A DNA stretch of 64,000 nucleotides, from the NCBI RefSeq assembly GCF_951801035.1, contig NZ_CATOKT010000002.1; one strand, 5' to 3'. A model generated the notes under the pieces. The model ran no database searches, was not told the DNA's origin, and was given only the letters and a program-made list of their open reading frames with translations. Each line of letters begins with the position of its first letter. The first letter of the stretch is position 1. A program made the translations under genes and the position numbers. This DNA is from an uncultured Adlercreutzia sp. (lineage in GTDB: Bacteria; Actinomycetota; Coriobacteriia; Coriobacteriales; Eggerthellaceae). Positions 17,390 to 25,148 of the stretch are shown here, piece after piece.

Positions 17390-18189
17390 GCGAAGAAGTG
17401 AAACTTGCCCCCATTCCCGATCTTGGTCAGCGTACTGACGAGATCACCATTTACGCTGGTCCTTGCTCGGTGGAGTCGGCCGAGCAGTTCGACGAGGTGG
17501 CGGAGTGCATTGCCGATCTGGGTCTTACTTGGATCCGCGGTGGCGCTTTCAAGCCGCGCACGAACCCCCATTCGTTCCAGGGCCTCGGCGAAGAGGCGCT
17601 CAAGATCATGAAGAACGCCGGCGATAAGTACGGCCTGAAGACCCTCACCGAGGTCATGGATTCGGCCCACTGCCAGCTGGTGGCCGACTACGTGGACGGC
17701 CTGCAGGTAGGCGCTCGTAACTTCCAGAACTTCAGCCTGCTGAAGAAGATTGGCGAGGTGACGGCCGACAGCCATCAGATGGTGCTGTACAAGCGCGGCT
17801 TCGCGGGCACCATTGCCGAGTGGCTGGCCGCCACCGATTACATCACCGATCACGGCAACACCAACGTGGTGCTGTGCGAGCGCGGCATCCGCACCTTCGA
17901 GACGGCTACGCGCTTCACGCTGGACATTGCGGCGGTGCCGGTCATTCACAAGCAGTCGCTGTATCCGGTGTGCATCGACGTGTCGCACCCCGCCGGCCAG
18001 CGCGACTTGGTGCCTTCCCTGGCCATGGCCGCCGTGGCTGCCGGTGCCGACTCGCTGATGATCGAGGTGCACCCCAACCCGCCGGTGGCTCTGTCCGACG
18101 GCCCCCAGCAGCTGACCCCGGCCCAGTTCCGCGTACTCATCGAGCAACTGCGCGAACTGGCCGCTGTGCTCGGCAAGAAGATCGTGTAA
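17386..18189 (+). CDS. 3-deoxy-7-phosphoheptulonate (DAHP) synthase, type I-beta
   Basis: YAGPCSVES...IRGGAFKPRTNPHSFQGLGEEALKIM...LQVGARNFQN...CIDVSH. Confidence 0.9.
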   Translation: MSEEVKLAPIPDLGQRTDEITIYAGPCSVESAEQFDEVAECIADLGLTWIRGGAFKPRTNPHSFQGLGEEALKIMKNAGDKYGLKTLTEVMDSAHCQLVADYVDGLQVGARNFQNFSLLKKIGEVTADSHQMVLYKRGFAGTIAEWLAATDYITDHGNTNVVLCERGIRTFETATRFTLDIAAVPVIHKQSLYPVCIDVSHPAGQRDLVPSLAMAAVAAGADSLMIEVHPNPPVALSDGPQQLTPAQFRVLIEQLRELAAVLGKKIV

Positions 18190-18217
18190 CGCGATTCTGC
18201 TCAATTCGGTTTGAACA

Positions 18218-18259
18218 ATGAAGGCTCTCAGCGTTGGTGCGCTGGGAGCCTTCATTTGT
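18218..18259. terminator. 16-bp stem-loop between convergent DAHP-synthase and higA-like genes
   Basis: ATGAAGGCTCTCAGCG-N6-CGCTGGGAGCCTTCAT (one G-U pair) followed by TTGT. Confidence 0.6.
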
Positions 18260-18373
18260 CGAGAGTGCCCCCTCGGGTTTTCGAGCCGGGAAGAGCACTC
18301 GCTATGCCGTGTTCGCGTGGTTGGGGAGACGCTGCGCGAGCGTCGACCGTGCCTGTGGCTGAGGATAACGGGC

Positions 18374-18673
18374 TTAGGCCGTCGCTGTTGCCTTAGGCGC
18401 TACTTGGAATTCGAGCCCCATGGTGTCGAGAACTTTCGCCACAGTTGAGAAGCGCGGGTTGCCCGAGCGGCTGAGAGACTTGTAGAGGCTCTCGCGACCG
18501 ACGCCGACTTCCCGGGCGAGGCTGGTCATGCCCTTGGAGCGGGCGACTATGCCCAGCGCTTCGGAGAAGAGCGACGGATCGTCGAGCTCAAGTACGGCGT
18601 TCATGAACTCGATAACGTCTTCTTGTGTATTGATGTCGGCGGCTGGATCCCATTGCTCCCATTTCTCAGTCAT
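18374..18673 (-). CDS. higA: addiction-module antidote protein (HigA-family HTH antitoxin)
   Basis: W.PAADINTQEDVIEFMNAVLE...GIVARSKGMTSLAREVGVGRESLYKSLSRSGNPRFSTVAKVLDTMG matches my memory of the TIGR02684-type antidote family. Confidence 0.85.
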   Translation of the reverse strand: MTEKWEQWDPAADINTQEDVIEFMNAVLELDDPSLFSEALGIVARSKGMTSLAREVGVGRESLYKSLSRSGNPRFSTVAKVLDTMGLEFQVAPKATATA

Positions 18674-18690
18674 GACTCTTCCTCCATTCG

Positions 18691-18735
18691 TTAAGGATTC
18701 CAGCGGCGATAGGTGGAGCTGGTTTCAATTCTCAT
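18691..18735 (-). pseudogene. 14-codon remnant of the cognate killer (RelE/HigB-like) toxin gene
   Basis: ATG AGA ATT GAA ACC AGC TCC ACC TAT CGC CGC TGG AAT CCT TAA = MRIETSSTYRRWNP*. The M-x-I-x-x-[ST]-x-x-[FY]-x-x-W pattern matches N-termini of partner toxins. Own RBS GGAGGGAACC. Stop lies 17 nt before the antitoxin ATG. Confidence 0.5.
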
Positions 18736-18748
18736 GGTTCCCTCCTGT

Positions 18749-18770
18749 ATTGTATCCTAAAAGATACAAT
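18749..18770. promoter_or_regulatory. palindromic operator candidate ATTGTATC-N6-GATACAAT upstream of the TA remnant
   Basis: Perfect 8-bp arms just upstream (minus-strand sense) of the toxin-remnant RBS. Confidence 0.45.
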
Positions 18771-18973
18771 AGTCAACTTCCCATGCTGTTCGCCAGTTTG
18801 ACACGAGGAGGCTTCGAGCCGTTATCTCATAAACGAACAGGGGTTTATTTAGCGCAGGAGTTGCGTGAACAACGAAACACGGTGGATACCGTTCGCAACA
18901 AAATTGAAACTGAAGGCTTGCGTCCGTGCTTTGTTGTGCTAAAGTACGGCCCAGCAATTGAATAGACCTGAAA

Positions 18974-19254
18974 CCGATGAGGCGAAAGTCAAGCCATCCG
19001 GGCACTCCCAGAGAGCGGGCGTAGCTGAGATTCCCGCAGAACGCCAGATGGTAAATGGATCGCCGAGGGAAAGGGGAAAGGTTGGCGCGGTTTGTATCCG
19101 CGAGGCCGAGTATCTGGACCGTGAGCCTGCGTTAAAGGCAGAATGGGTGATAGCCCGTTCATGAGAGGGTTCGCAGCCGCGAGCCAATTAAAGGTGGCAC
19201 CGCAGATCTTTAAGGGATCTGTCCTTTAAGCAAAGGACAGATCCCTTTTTTGTT
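18974..19254 (+). promoter_or_regulatory. T-box riboswitch leader, predicted Trp (UGG) specificity, with intrinsic terminator
   Basis: Stem I: K-turn CC-GAU-GA-GGCGA (18974-18985) paired with UCGCC-GA-GG (19060-19068). Specifier loop AAAUGGA with UGG at 19056-19058 followed by a purine. AG-bulge AGAGAG (19010-19015). Distal loop GCUGAGA. Further elements: S-turn-like GAGUA, F-box-like CCGUUC, stem III 19168-19185. T-box AAUUAAAGGUGGCACCGCAG at 19186-19205, with UGGC bulge at 19195-19198. Terminator at 19212-19254. Confidence 0.8.
19212..19254 (+). terminator. T-box terminator hairpin
   Basis: AAGGGATCTGTCCTTT-AAGC-AAAGGACAGATCCCTT, a 16-bp perfect stem followed by a T-run (TTTTTTGTT). The 5' arm can alternatively pair with the T-box region (CAGATC/GATCTG). 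Confidence 0.85.
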
Positions 19255-19337
19255 GGGTCGCCTCTCTCGATCAGCGTCGGCGCAGGGCAATTGCGAAGAC
19301 AAGGAAAGCTTGCGGAAAGCAAGCGCAACCGGGCCCT

Positions 19338-19970
19338 GTGCCCAAGAAAGGACTGATCGAAATGGCAGAACTCCGTATGACCGCTGATGGCGAGACCGCA
19401 ACCCCCGCTACGGGCACCAAGCGTGCCGTAGCCACCCAGGACAAGAAGGGCCTGGGCATCCAGGATCTCATCCTCGTGGCCGTGCTGCTGGCCGCCGGCG
19501 CCGTGCTGAAGCTGACCGTGGGCAGTCTGCTGGCCTCCTTCGGCATGAAGCCGAACTTCATCATCGCCGCCTACTGCCTGGCTATCATCATCATTCGCCC
19601 GAACGTGGCCCAGTCGCTGGTGATCGGCCTGATCGCCGGTCTGGTGTGCCAGATCCCCATGCTGAACGCCACGCCGCTGCTGAACATCCCCTCTGAACTT
19701 CTTGGCGCCCTGGCCTGCGGCCTGCTCATTCACGTGCCCATGAAGATTGGCAAGCTGGACATCAACCCGTTGGTAAACACCTTCATCTCCACCTGCGTGT
19801 CCGGCTTCACCTTCGCAGCGCTGTCCGTCTACATCAACGTGGTATCCGTCGGCGGCGACTTCGCCGTGGCCATGGCCGCCTATGTGGCCATCGTCCTGGG
19901 CACCGCCACCTTCAACTGCATCTTCGTCCAGATCCTGGCCACCCCCCTGAAGAAGGTGCTGAAGCGCTAA
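19338..19970 (+). CDS. trpP: TrpP-family tryptophan transporter (ECF S-component)
   Basis: Resembles B. subtilis TrpP/YhaG (GMKPN vs GMKPD; SLVIGLIAGLV vs VLVIGIVTGII), with 5-6 TM segments. Start may be Met9 (19362). Confidence 0.8.
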   Translation: MPKKGLIEMAELRMTADGETATPATGTKRAVATQDKKGLGIQDLILVAVLLAAGAVLKLTVGSLLASFGMKPNFIIAAYCLAIIIIRPNVAQSLVIGLIAGLVCQIPMLNATPLLNIPSELLGALACGLLIHVPMKIGKLDINPLVNTFISTCVSGFTFAALSVYINVVSVGGDFAVAMAAYVAIVLGTATFNCIFVQILATPLKKVLKR

Positions 19971-20088
19971 ACAGGTTAGTGCAGGTTTCGGCAAAGGCCG
20001 AGCTAAGAGGAGACACGGGGTGCCCTGACCGAGCGCAGTTTCCCCCAAGGGGACTTGCGCGCTTCGCTTGCAGCGCCGACACGCGACT

Positions 20089-20111
20089 GAAAGTGTCCAG
20101 TGGACACTTTC
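20089..20111 (+). other. 10-bp perfect stem-loop GAAAGTGTCC-AGT-GGACACTTTC in the trpP-ecfA spacer
   Basis: Seen directly. No T-run. Lies in the 220-nt gap between the S-component and ATPase genes. Confidence 0.5.
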
Positions 20112-20190
20112 ACAAAGCGAGGACTGTTTGAGCGAATCAGGGTACTCCGTGGCTCCGACTTCGGAAGAGCCTCGACAAGAAAGACCAGCA

Positions 20191-21030
20191 ATGATCGAGT
20201 TCAAAGAATTCAGTTTCCGGTACCGCGAGGGTGCCGAGCCGGTGGTGAAGGACATCTCCCTGACCATCCCCGACGGCACCTTCGTCGGCATCACCGGAGC
20301 GGCGGGATCGGGTAAGTCCACCCTCACCTACGCCATCAACGGCATCATCCCGCACTGCTACCCCGGCGATTTCTACGGCGCCGTCAGCGTAGAGGGCTGC
20401 GACACCGTGGAGACCTCGCTGACTGATCTGTCGCGACTGGTGGGCAGCGTGTGCCAGGACATCGATTCGCAGATGGTGTCCACGGTGGTGGAGGACGAGA
20501 TTCTCTACGGCCTGGAGAATTTCGCCGTGTCGCGGGAGGAGATCCCCGCGCGGGTTGACGAGGCCCTGGCCTCCATGGGCATTGAGGACTTGCGCTACCG
20601 TACCATCGACAGTCTGTCCGGAGGTCAGAAGCAGAAGGTTGCGGTGGCTTCCGTGATTGCGCTGCATCCGAAGGTACTCGTGCTGGACGAGCCCACCGCT
20701 GAGTTGGATCCGGCTTCCTCGGTGGCAGTGTTCGACCTGCTGGCCCGCTACGCGCGCGAGCATGGCACGACGGTCGTGGTGGTGGAGCAGAAGATCGCGC
20801 TTTTGTCCGATTACGCCGACCTGCTGGTCATCGTGGACGATGGTTGCATTCGCTTCGCCGACACGCCTGATGCGGTGCTGGCCCATTCCGACGAGCTGCT
20901 AGCTCTGGGGGTGAACTGCCCGCGTGCCACGACGCTTATGAATGCTCTGGGCAAGCAGGGGCTCTATGACGGCCCCACGGTGCGCAACGTGGCCCAGGCG
21001 GCGGCAGCGCTTCAGGAGGTGCTCGCATGA
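20191..21030 (+). CDS. ecfA1: ECF transporter ATPase EcfA1
   Basis: Walker A GAAGSGKST, signature LSGGQKQKVA, Walker B VLVLDEP. Start at Met42 of track ORF 20068. Confidence 0.9.
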   Translation: MIEFKEFSFRYREGAEPVVKDISLTIPDGTFVGITGAAGSGKSTLTYAINGIIPHCYPGDFYGAVSVEGCDTVETSLTDLSRLVGSVCQDIDSQMVSTVVEDEILYGLENFAVSREEIPARVDEALASMGIEDLRYRTIDSLSGGQKQKVAVASVIALHPKVLVLDEPTAELDPASSVAVFDLLARYAREHGTTVVVVEQKIALLSDYADLLVIVDDGCIRFADTPDAVLAHSDELLALGVNCPRATTLMNALGKQGLYDGPTVRNVAQAAAALQEVLA

Positions 21031-22004
21031 TCGAGTTCAAGAACGTCTCGGCGTCCTACGACGGCGAGCTGGCGGTGCTGCGCGATGTCAGCTTCACGGT
21101 GAACGACGGCGACTTCGTGGCCTTTGTGGGTACCAACGGCGCTGGCAAGTCCACCACCATGCGCTTGGCCAACGGGCTCCTCAAGCCAACGTCGGGCGAA
21201 GTGCTGGTGGACGGCGTGCCCACCACGGCTTTAAAGACCAGCGAACTGGCCCGCAAGATCGGCTTCCTGTTCCAAAACCCAGATCGGCAAATTTGCTGCA
21301 ACACCGTGCGCGAGGAGTTGCTGTTTGGCTTTAAGGCGTTGGGCGAGGAGGGACCGGAGGCCGAGGCCCGCGTAGACGCCATGATCGAGCGTTTCGGCTT
21401 CGATGGCGACGCGGAGCCCTACCTGTTGAATCGCGGCACTCGTCAGCTTTTGGCCTTGGCTTCCATCATTGTGCTGGCGCCGCCCACCATCATTTTGGAC
21501 GAGCCCACTACGGGTCTTGACTTCCGCGAGTGCGTGAAGGTCATGGACATCGTGCGCGAGCTGAACGAGAGTGGCACCACGGTCATCATGGTGTGCCACG
21601 ACATGGAAGTGGTGGGCGACTTCGCCCATCGCGTCATTGCCATGACGGCGGGCCAGGTAGTGGCGGACGGGGCCACGTTCGATGTGCTGCGCGACGGCGA
21701 GGTGCTGAAGGCCGCTCACATTCTGCCGCCCCAGGTAAGCGAGGTGTCCATGATTCTTGGCCGCCAGCCCGGCTGTGCCCCCGCCGTGGCGGCGGCGAAC
21801 ACGGTGCCCCAGATGGTGGAGGCCGTGGCTCAGGCGAAGCAGGCCGAGCTGCAGGATATGGCCGAAGCAGCGGCGCTGGCCAACGATGTGCTGGCAGTGC
21901 TGGCTGCCGAGCAAGGTGCCGCGGCGGCGGGCATCGTGGAGGCACCGGCTGATTACGAGGCGCCGACGGCGGCGACGGTCGCGAGCGAAGAGGAGGGCTG
22001 CTAA
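21027..22004 (+). CDS. ecfA2: ECF transporter ATPase EcfA2 with Ala-rich C-terminal extension
   Basis: Walker A GTNGAGKST, Walker B TIILDEPTTGLD. ATGA overlap with ecfA1. Confidence 0.9.
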   Translation: MIEFKNVSASYDGELAVLRDVSFTVNDGDFVAFVGTNGAGKSTTMRLANGLLKPTSGEVLVDGVPTTALKTSELARKIGFLFQNPDRQICCNTVREELLFGFKALGEEGPEAEARVDAMIERFGFDGDAEPYLLNRGTRQLLALASIIVLAPPTIILDEPTTGLDFRECVKVMDIVRELNESGTTVIMVCHDMEVVGDFAHRVIAMTAGQVVADGATFDVLRDGEVLKAAHILPPQVSEVSMILGRQPGCAPAVAAANTVPQMVEAVAQAKQAELQDMAEAAALANDVLAVLAAEQGAAAAGIVEAPADYEAPTAATVASEEEGC

Positions 22005-22005
22005 G

Positions 22006-22773
22006 ATGGCGAAGTTTCTGGAATATGTGCCGGGGGACAGCATCCTGCACCGCATGAACCCCAGCGTGAAACTCATCTGCGCCGTGCTGTTCGCCATCGC
22101 CTGCTTCGTCACCAGCAATCTTGTGTTTCTGGTTGTGCTTTTGGCGGCGGCCTTGGCGCTGGCCGTTTCCTGCGGCCTGGGCCGCGAGACAGCGGGCCTG
22201 TGCAAGGCGGTGTTCGCGTTCTCGCTCATCCTGGCCGTGGTGATCCTGCTGACCACGCCCTACGGTATGCCGCTCGTGCCGCTGCCCTGGGGCTTCATCG
22301 GCACCGGAAGCCTGTTGGCGGCGCTCACGGTAATGGTGCGCCTCATGGCCGCTGCCATTCCGCTGTTCTTGGTGTTCTACGTCACCAAGATGAACGACAT
22401 CACGAACTCGGCCGTAAAGCAGTTGCACGTGCCCTATAAGTACGCGTTCACGTTCACCAGCACGGTGCACTTCATCCCCGTGTTCATGAACGACATGGCT
22501 GGCATCATGGAAGCGCAGACGGCCCGCGGCGTGGCCTTCGACGGCTCCATCGTGCAAAAGGTGCGCCTCATGATCCCCCTGTGCGTGCCGCTGCTTATCA
22601 GCTCGGTGCGCAAGACGAACTCCGCCGCCATCGCCGCCGAAGTGCGCGGCTTCAACCTGCGCACCCGTGCGAGCGGCTACAAGGAGTACCCCCTCGGCGC
22701 GTCCGACTACGCCGCTCTTGCCGTCTGCGTGCTGGTGCTCGCGGCTGCCATTACCGTGGCCGTGGTGGGGTAG
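22006..22773 (+). CDS. ecfT: ECF transporter transmembrane component EcfT
   Basis: MAKFLEYVPGDSILHRMNPSVKL N-terminus typical of EcfT/CbiQ, with ARG..FD motifs (AQTARGVAFD). Start at Met84 of track ORF 21757, 1 nt after the ecfA2 stop. Confidence 0.9.
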   Translation: MAKFLEYVPGDSILHRMNPSVKLICAVLFAIACFVTSNLVFLVVLLAAALALAVSCGLGRETAGLCKAVFAFSLILAVVILLTTPYGMPLVPLPWGFIGTGSLLAALTVMVRLMAAAIPLFLVFYVTKMNDITNSAVKQLHVPYKYAFTFTSTVHFIPVFMNDMAGIMEAQTARGVAFDGSIVQKVRLMIPLCVPLLISSVRKTNSAAIAAEVRGFNLRTRASGYKEYPLGASDYAALAVCVLVLAAAITVAVVG

Positions 22774-22814
22774 GAGGCTCCGCCAGCGGATTGCGACATT
22801 TTTTGCCACTTTCT

Positions 22815-22864
22815 ATAACGGCACTATTTTACCTTTTACAATTTCGGTAAAATAGTGCCGTTAT
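22815..22864. repeat. 19-bp perfect inverted repeat ATAACGGCACTATTTTACC-N12-GGTAAAATAGTGCCGTTAT
   Basis: Arms 22815-22833 and 22846-22864. AT-rich island between the ecfT stop and the hipB-like start. Confidence 0.85.
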
Positions 22865-22892
22865 TGGTATATCAGCGAGAAGGGGTCGCTCT

Positions 22893-23219
22893 ATGAACGC
22901 AACGGTGTTGGCGCGTTCTATCGGAATCAGGGTACGAAGTTGCAGGCTTGCCCGCGGGCTCACACAGCGGCAACTGGCTGAACTGGCTGGTGTGTCCGAA
23001 CGCTTGATCCGGCTTCTTGAGGCAGGGGAAGCCCCTGGTATCGGTCTGGAAAAACTTGCGCTTATCCTGACTCCGCTCAGTCTCGATCTTCGTTTGGTCG
23101 ATCTCGAGTGCGACGGCGGCGAGTTGCGGCAAGAGCCCGTAGCGCAGTCGAACGAATATGCTGTACTTCTTCTGCGTACGGTTGATAGCTGGACGGACGG
23201 GGGCCACGATGGCGAATAA
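22893..23219 (+). CDS. hipB: HipB-like XRE-family HTH antitoxin
   Basis: IRVRSCRLARGLTQRQLAELAGVSERLIRLLE HTH. 11-nt overlap with the hipA start. Confidence 0.75.
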   Translation: MNATVLARSIGIRVRSCRLARGLTQRQLAELAGVSERLIRLLEAGEAPGIGLEKLALILTPLSLDLRLVDLECDGGELRQEPVAQSNEYAVLLLRTVDSWTDGGHDGE

Positions 23220-24483
23220 TGCACTTCAGGTAAGCATCGCTGGAGAGCGCACTGGCGTAGTGAAGCAGGACGCAAACGGTTCTCTCTCCTTCTCTTACTT
23301 CGAGAACTATGCTGGCGTTCCTCTTTCTCTGGCGATGCCCGTATCCAATAAAGTATTCGGCGATAAGCTCGTAAGGCCGTTCCTGTTCGGGCTTTTGCCC
23401 GACAGCCTTGAAGTGCGAAGAAGCCTCGGGCGGGAATGGGGGGTGTCGGCCGATAACCCTTTTGCGCTTCTGGCGCATATCGGCCTGGACTGTCCGGGGG
23501 CCGTGCAGTTGTGCTTGCAGAATGAAGAAGAACGGCTATCGCAGCGCGAAAGCGCGCTCGTGCCGATAACGGACGCGGAAATCGCCGCTCGTCTGGCGCG
23601 AGGGCGCGGTAATCGGAGGGCTCGATGGGAAACCAGTCAGGAGCGTTGGTCGCTCGGCGGCCAGCAGGCGAAGTTCGCGCTGCGGCGCGAGGGCGATGCT
23701 TGGTTCAGCTGCGAAGGGGCGGCGGCTACCACTCATATCTTCAAGCCCGGTATTGCCGACGTGCGCCTGAGTGCGCTGAACGAGTTCGTTTGCCTGAAGC
23801 TGGCGCGTGCCTGCGGTCTTCCCGCCTGCGAAGTGGCCTATGAAATGTTTGCTGGCGAGCCTGCCATTATCGCCACGCGCTACGATCGGGCCCGCAACGG
23901 CCAGGGCGACGTGGTGCGCTTGCATCAGGAAGATTTCTGTCAGGTGTTGGGCATACTGCCTGAAAGGAAGTATCCCGAAGAGGGCGGCCCTGGCGCGCGC
24001 GACATCGTTGCGGTATGTAAGCGCGCGGGTGAGCCGGCGGCGCGCAACCTCGCGCAGTTTATGGATATGCTGTTCTTCAACTACCTTATCGGTGCGCCCG
24101 ATGCTCACGGCAAAAACTACTCGCTTCTATTGGGCCTGAGCGATGCCTATTTGGCCCCGCTCTATGACGTAGCCTCGCTTTTGCCCTACGCTGAGCGACC
24201 CTTCGACATCAAGTTGGCCATGGGCGTGGCCGGGGAAAACCGTGTCGGGCGCCTGAGTACCCGGCGTTTGGGGAAGTTCGCTGCCGACAATGGTCTTGAG
24301 GAGTTCGGACTTACGGGAGACGTGCTGGCGGGAAAGATGGCGGTCTTGGCCAAGCGCATACCCGGCACGCTGGACGAGGTGCTTACCGACCATTCGACTC
24401 TGCCGGGTATTGACGAGCTTGGTAGCCGCCTGCACCCGCTCATAGCGGAGCTCTGCGAGCGCTCGCTGGCGCGGCTGGGGTAG
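23209..24483 (+). CDS. hipA: HipA-family Ser/Thr kinase toxin
   Basis: HipA N-terminal couple domain (LPDSLEVRRSLG, LLAHIGLDCPGAVQL) and catalytic DAHGKNYSLLL. Start at Met18 of track ORF 23158. Confidence 0.9.
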   Translation: MANNALQVSIAGERTGVVKQDANGSLSFSYFENYAGVPLSLAMPVSNKVFGDKLVRPFLFGLLPDSLEVRRSLGREWGVSADNPFALLAHIGLDCPGAVQLCLQNEEERLSQRESALVPITDAEIAARLARGRGNRRARWETSQERWSLGGQQAKFALRREGDAWFSCEGAAATTHIFKPGIADVRLSALNEFVCLKLARACGLPACEVAYEMFAGEPAIIATRYDRARNGQGDVVRLHQEDFCQVLGILPERKYPEEGGPGARDIVAVCKRAGEPAARNLAQFMDMLFFNYLIGAPDAHGKNYSLLLGLSDAYLAPLYDVASLLPYAERPFDIKLAMGVAGENRVGRLSTRRLGKFAADNGLEEFGLTGDVLAGKMAVLAKRIPGTLDEVLTDHSTLPGIDELGSRLHPLIAELCERSLARLG

Positions 24484-24488
24484 GGTGT

Positions 24489-25148
24489 CTACTTCACCGA
24501 GAACAGCTTCCTCACCTCACGGCCGAAGCGGCCCTTGGTGAACAGCAGCAGCCCGGCCAGGAACAACACGGCGGCAGCCACGGACGCCCAGGCCAGATAG
24601 GGCCAGGTTACTTGACCCAGGGCCAGCGAAAGGGCCGGCACCGCTCCCAGCACTACGTCGTAGATAAGGTATTTCGCGTAATCGGTGACGAACGTGCCGC
24701 GGAACACTACCACGAGCACGGCGTCGAAGAGTATGGCGAGCAGACTGATGCCAGGAATGACGAAGGTGGTGACGACCAGGTTGCCCGTGGCGATGAACCA
24801 CAGGGCGGCCACGGCCAGAAGCACCAGGAAGTAGCGCTCGATGAGCCGCAGAAAGTCCGGCGCATGCACAATCATATTGCGCACGAACAGGTAGTTCAGG
24901 GCCAGGGCAATTACGGCGGCTGCCACGGAAAGCGGCGCGGAACCCAGAGCAATGCCGAGGGCCACCGTGCCTGCAGCGATAACTAGGCTGGCGATGAGCA
25001 GCACGCGGCGCGCCAAGGTACCCGTGCGCACAAAGGTGTTGGCGGGGAAGGGCGACGGGGTTTCAGGACCCGTCAGGGCTGTGCCGCAGAGGGGGCAGCA
25101 GTCGAGGTTGCCCGTATAGTCAAGATGGCAAGCGTCGCAACGTTTCAT
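24489..25148 (-). CDS. zinc-ribbon-fronted polytopic membrane protein (DUF6320-like)
   Basis: MKRCDACHLDYTGNLDCCPLCG followed by about 6 TM segments. Start at Met21 of the track ORF. ATGA overlap with the upstream gene. Confidence 0.6.
   Translation of the reverse strand: MKRCDACHLDYTGNLDCCPLCGTALTGPETPSPFPANTFVRTGTLARRVLLIASLVIAAGTVALGIALGSAPLSVAAAVIALALNYLFVRNMIVHAPDFLRLIERYFLVLLAVAALWFIATGNLVVTTFVIPGISLLAILFDAVLVVVFRGTFVTDYAKYLIYDVVLGAVPALSLALGQVTWPYLAWASVAAAVLFLAGLLLFTKGRFGREVRKLFSVK

Noticed and set aside
19049-19146. Alternative specifier triplets: UGG at 19049-19051 and GAA-UGG-G at 19144-19146.
   Set aside because: Only UGG at 19056-19058 sits directly 5' of the K-turn-closing helix with a following purine, as in canonical stem I. 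All candidates are UGG anyway, so the specificity call is unaffected.
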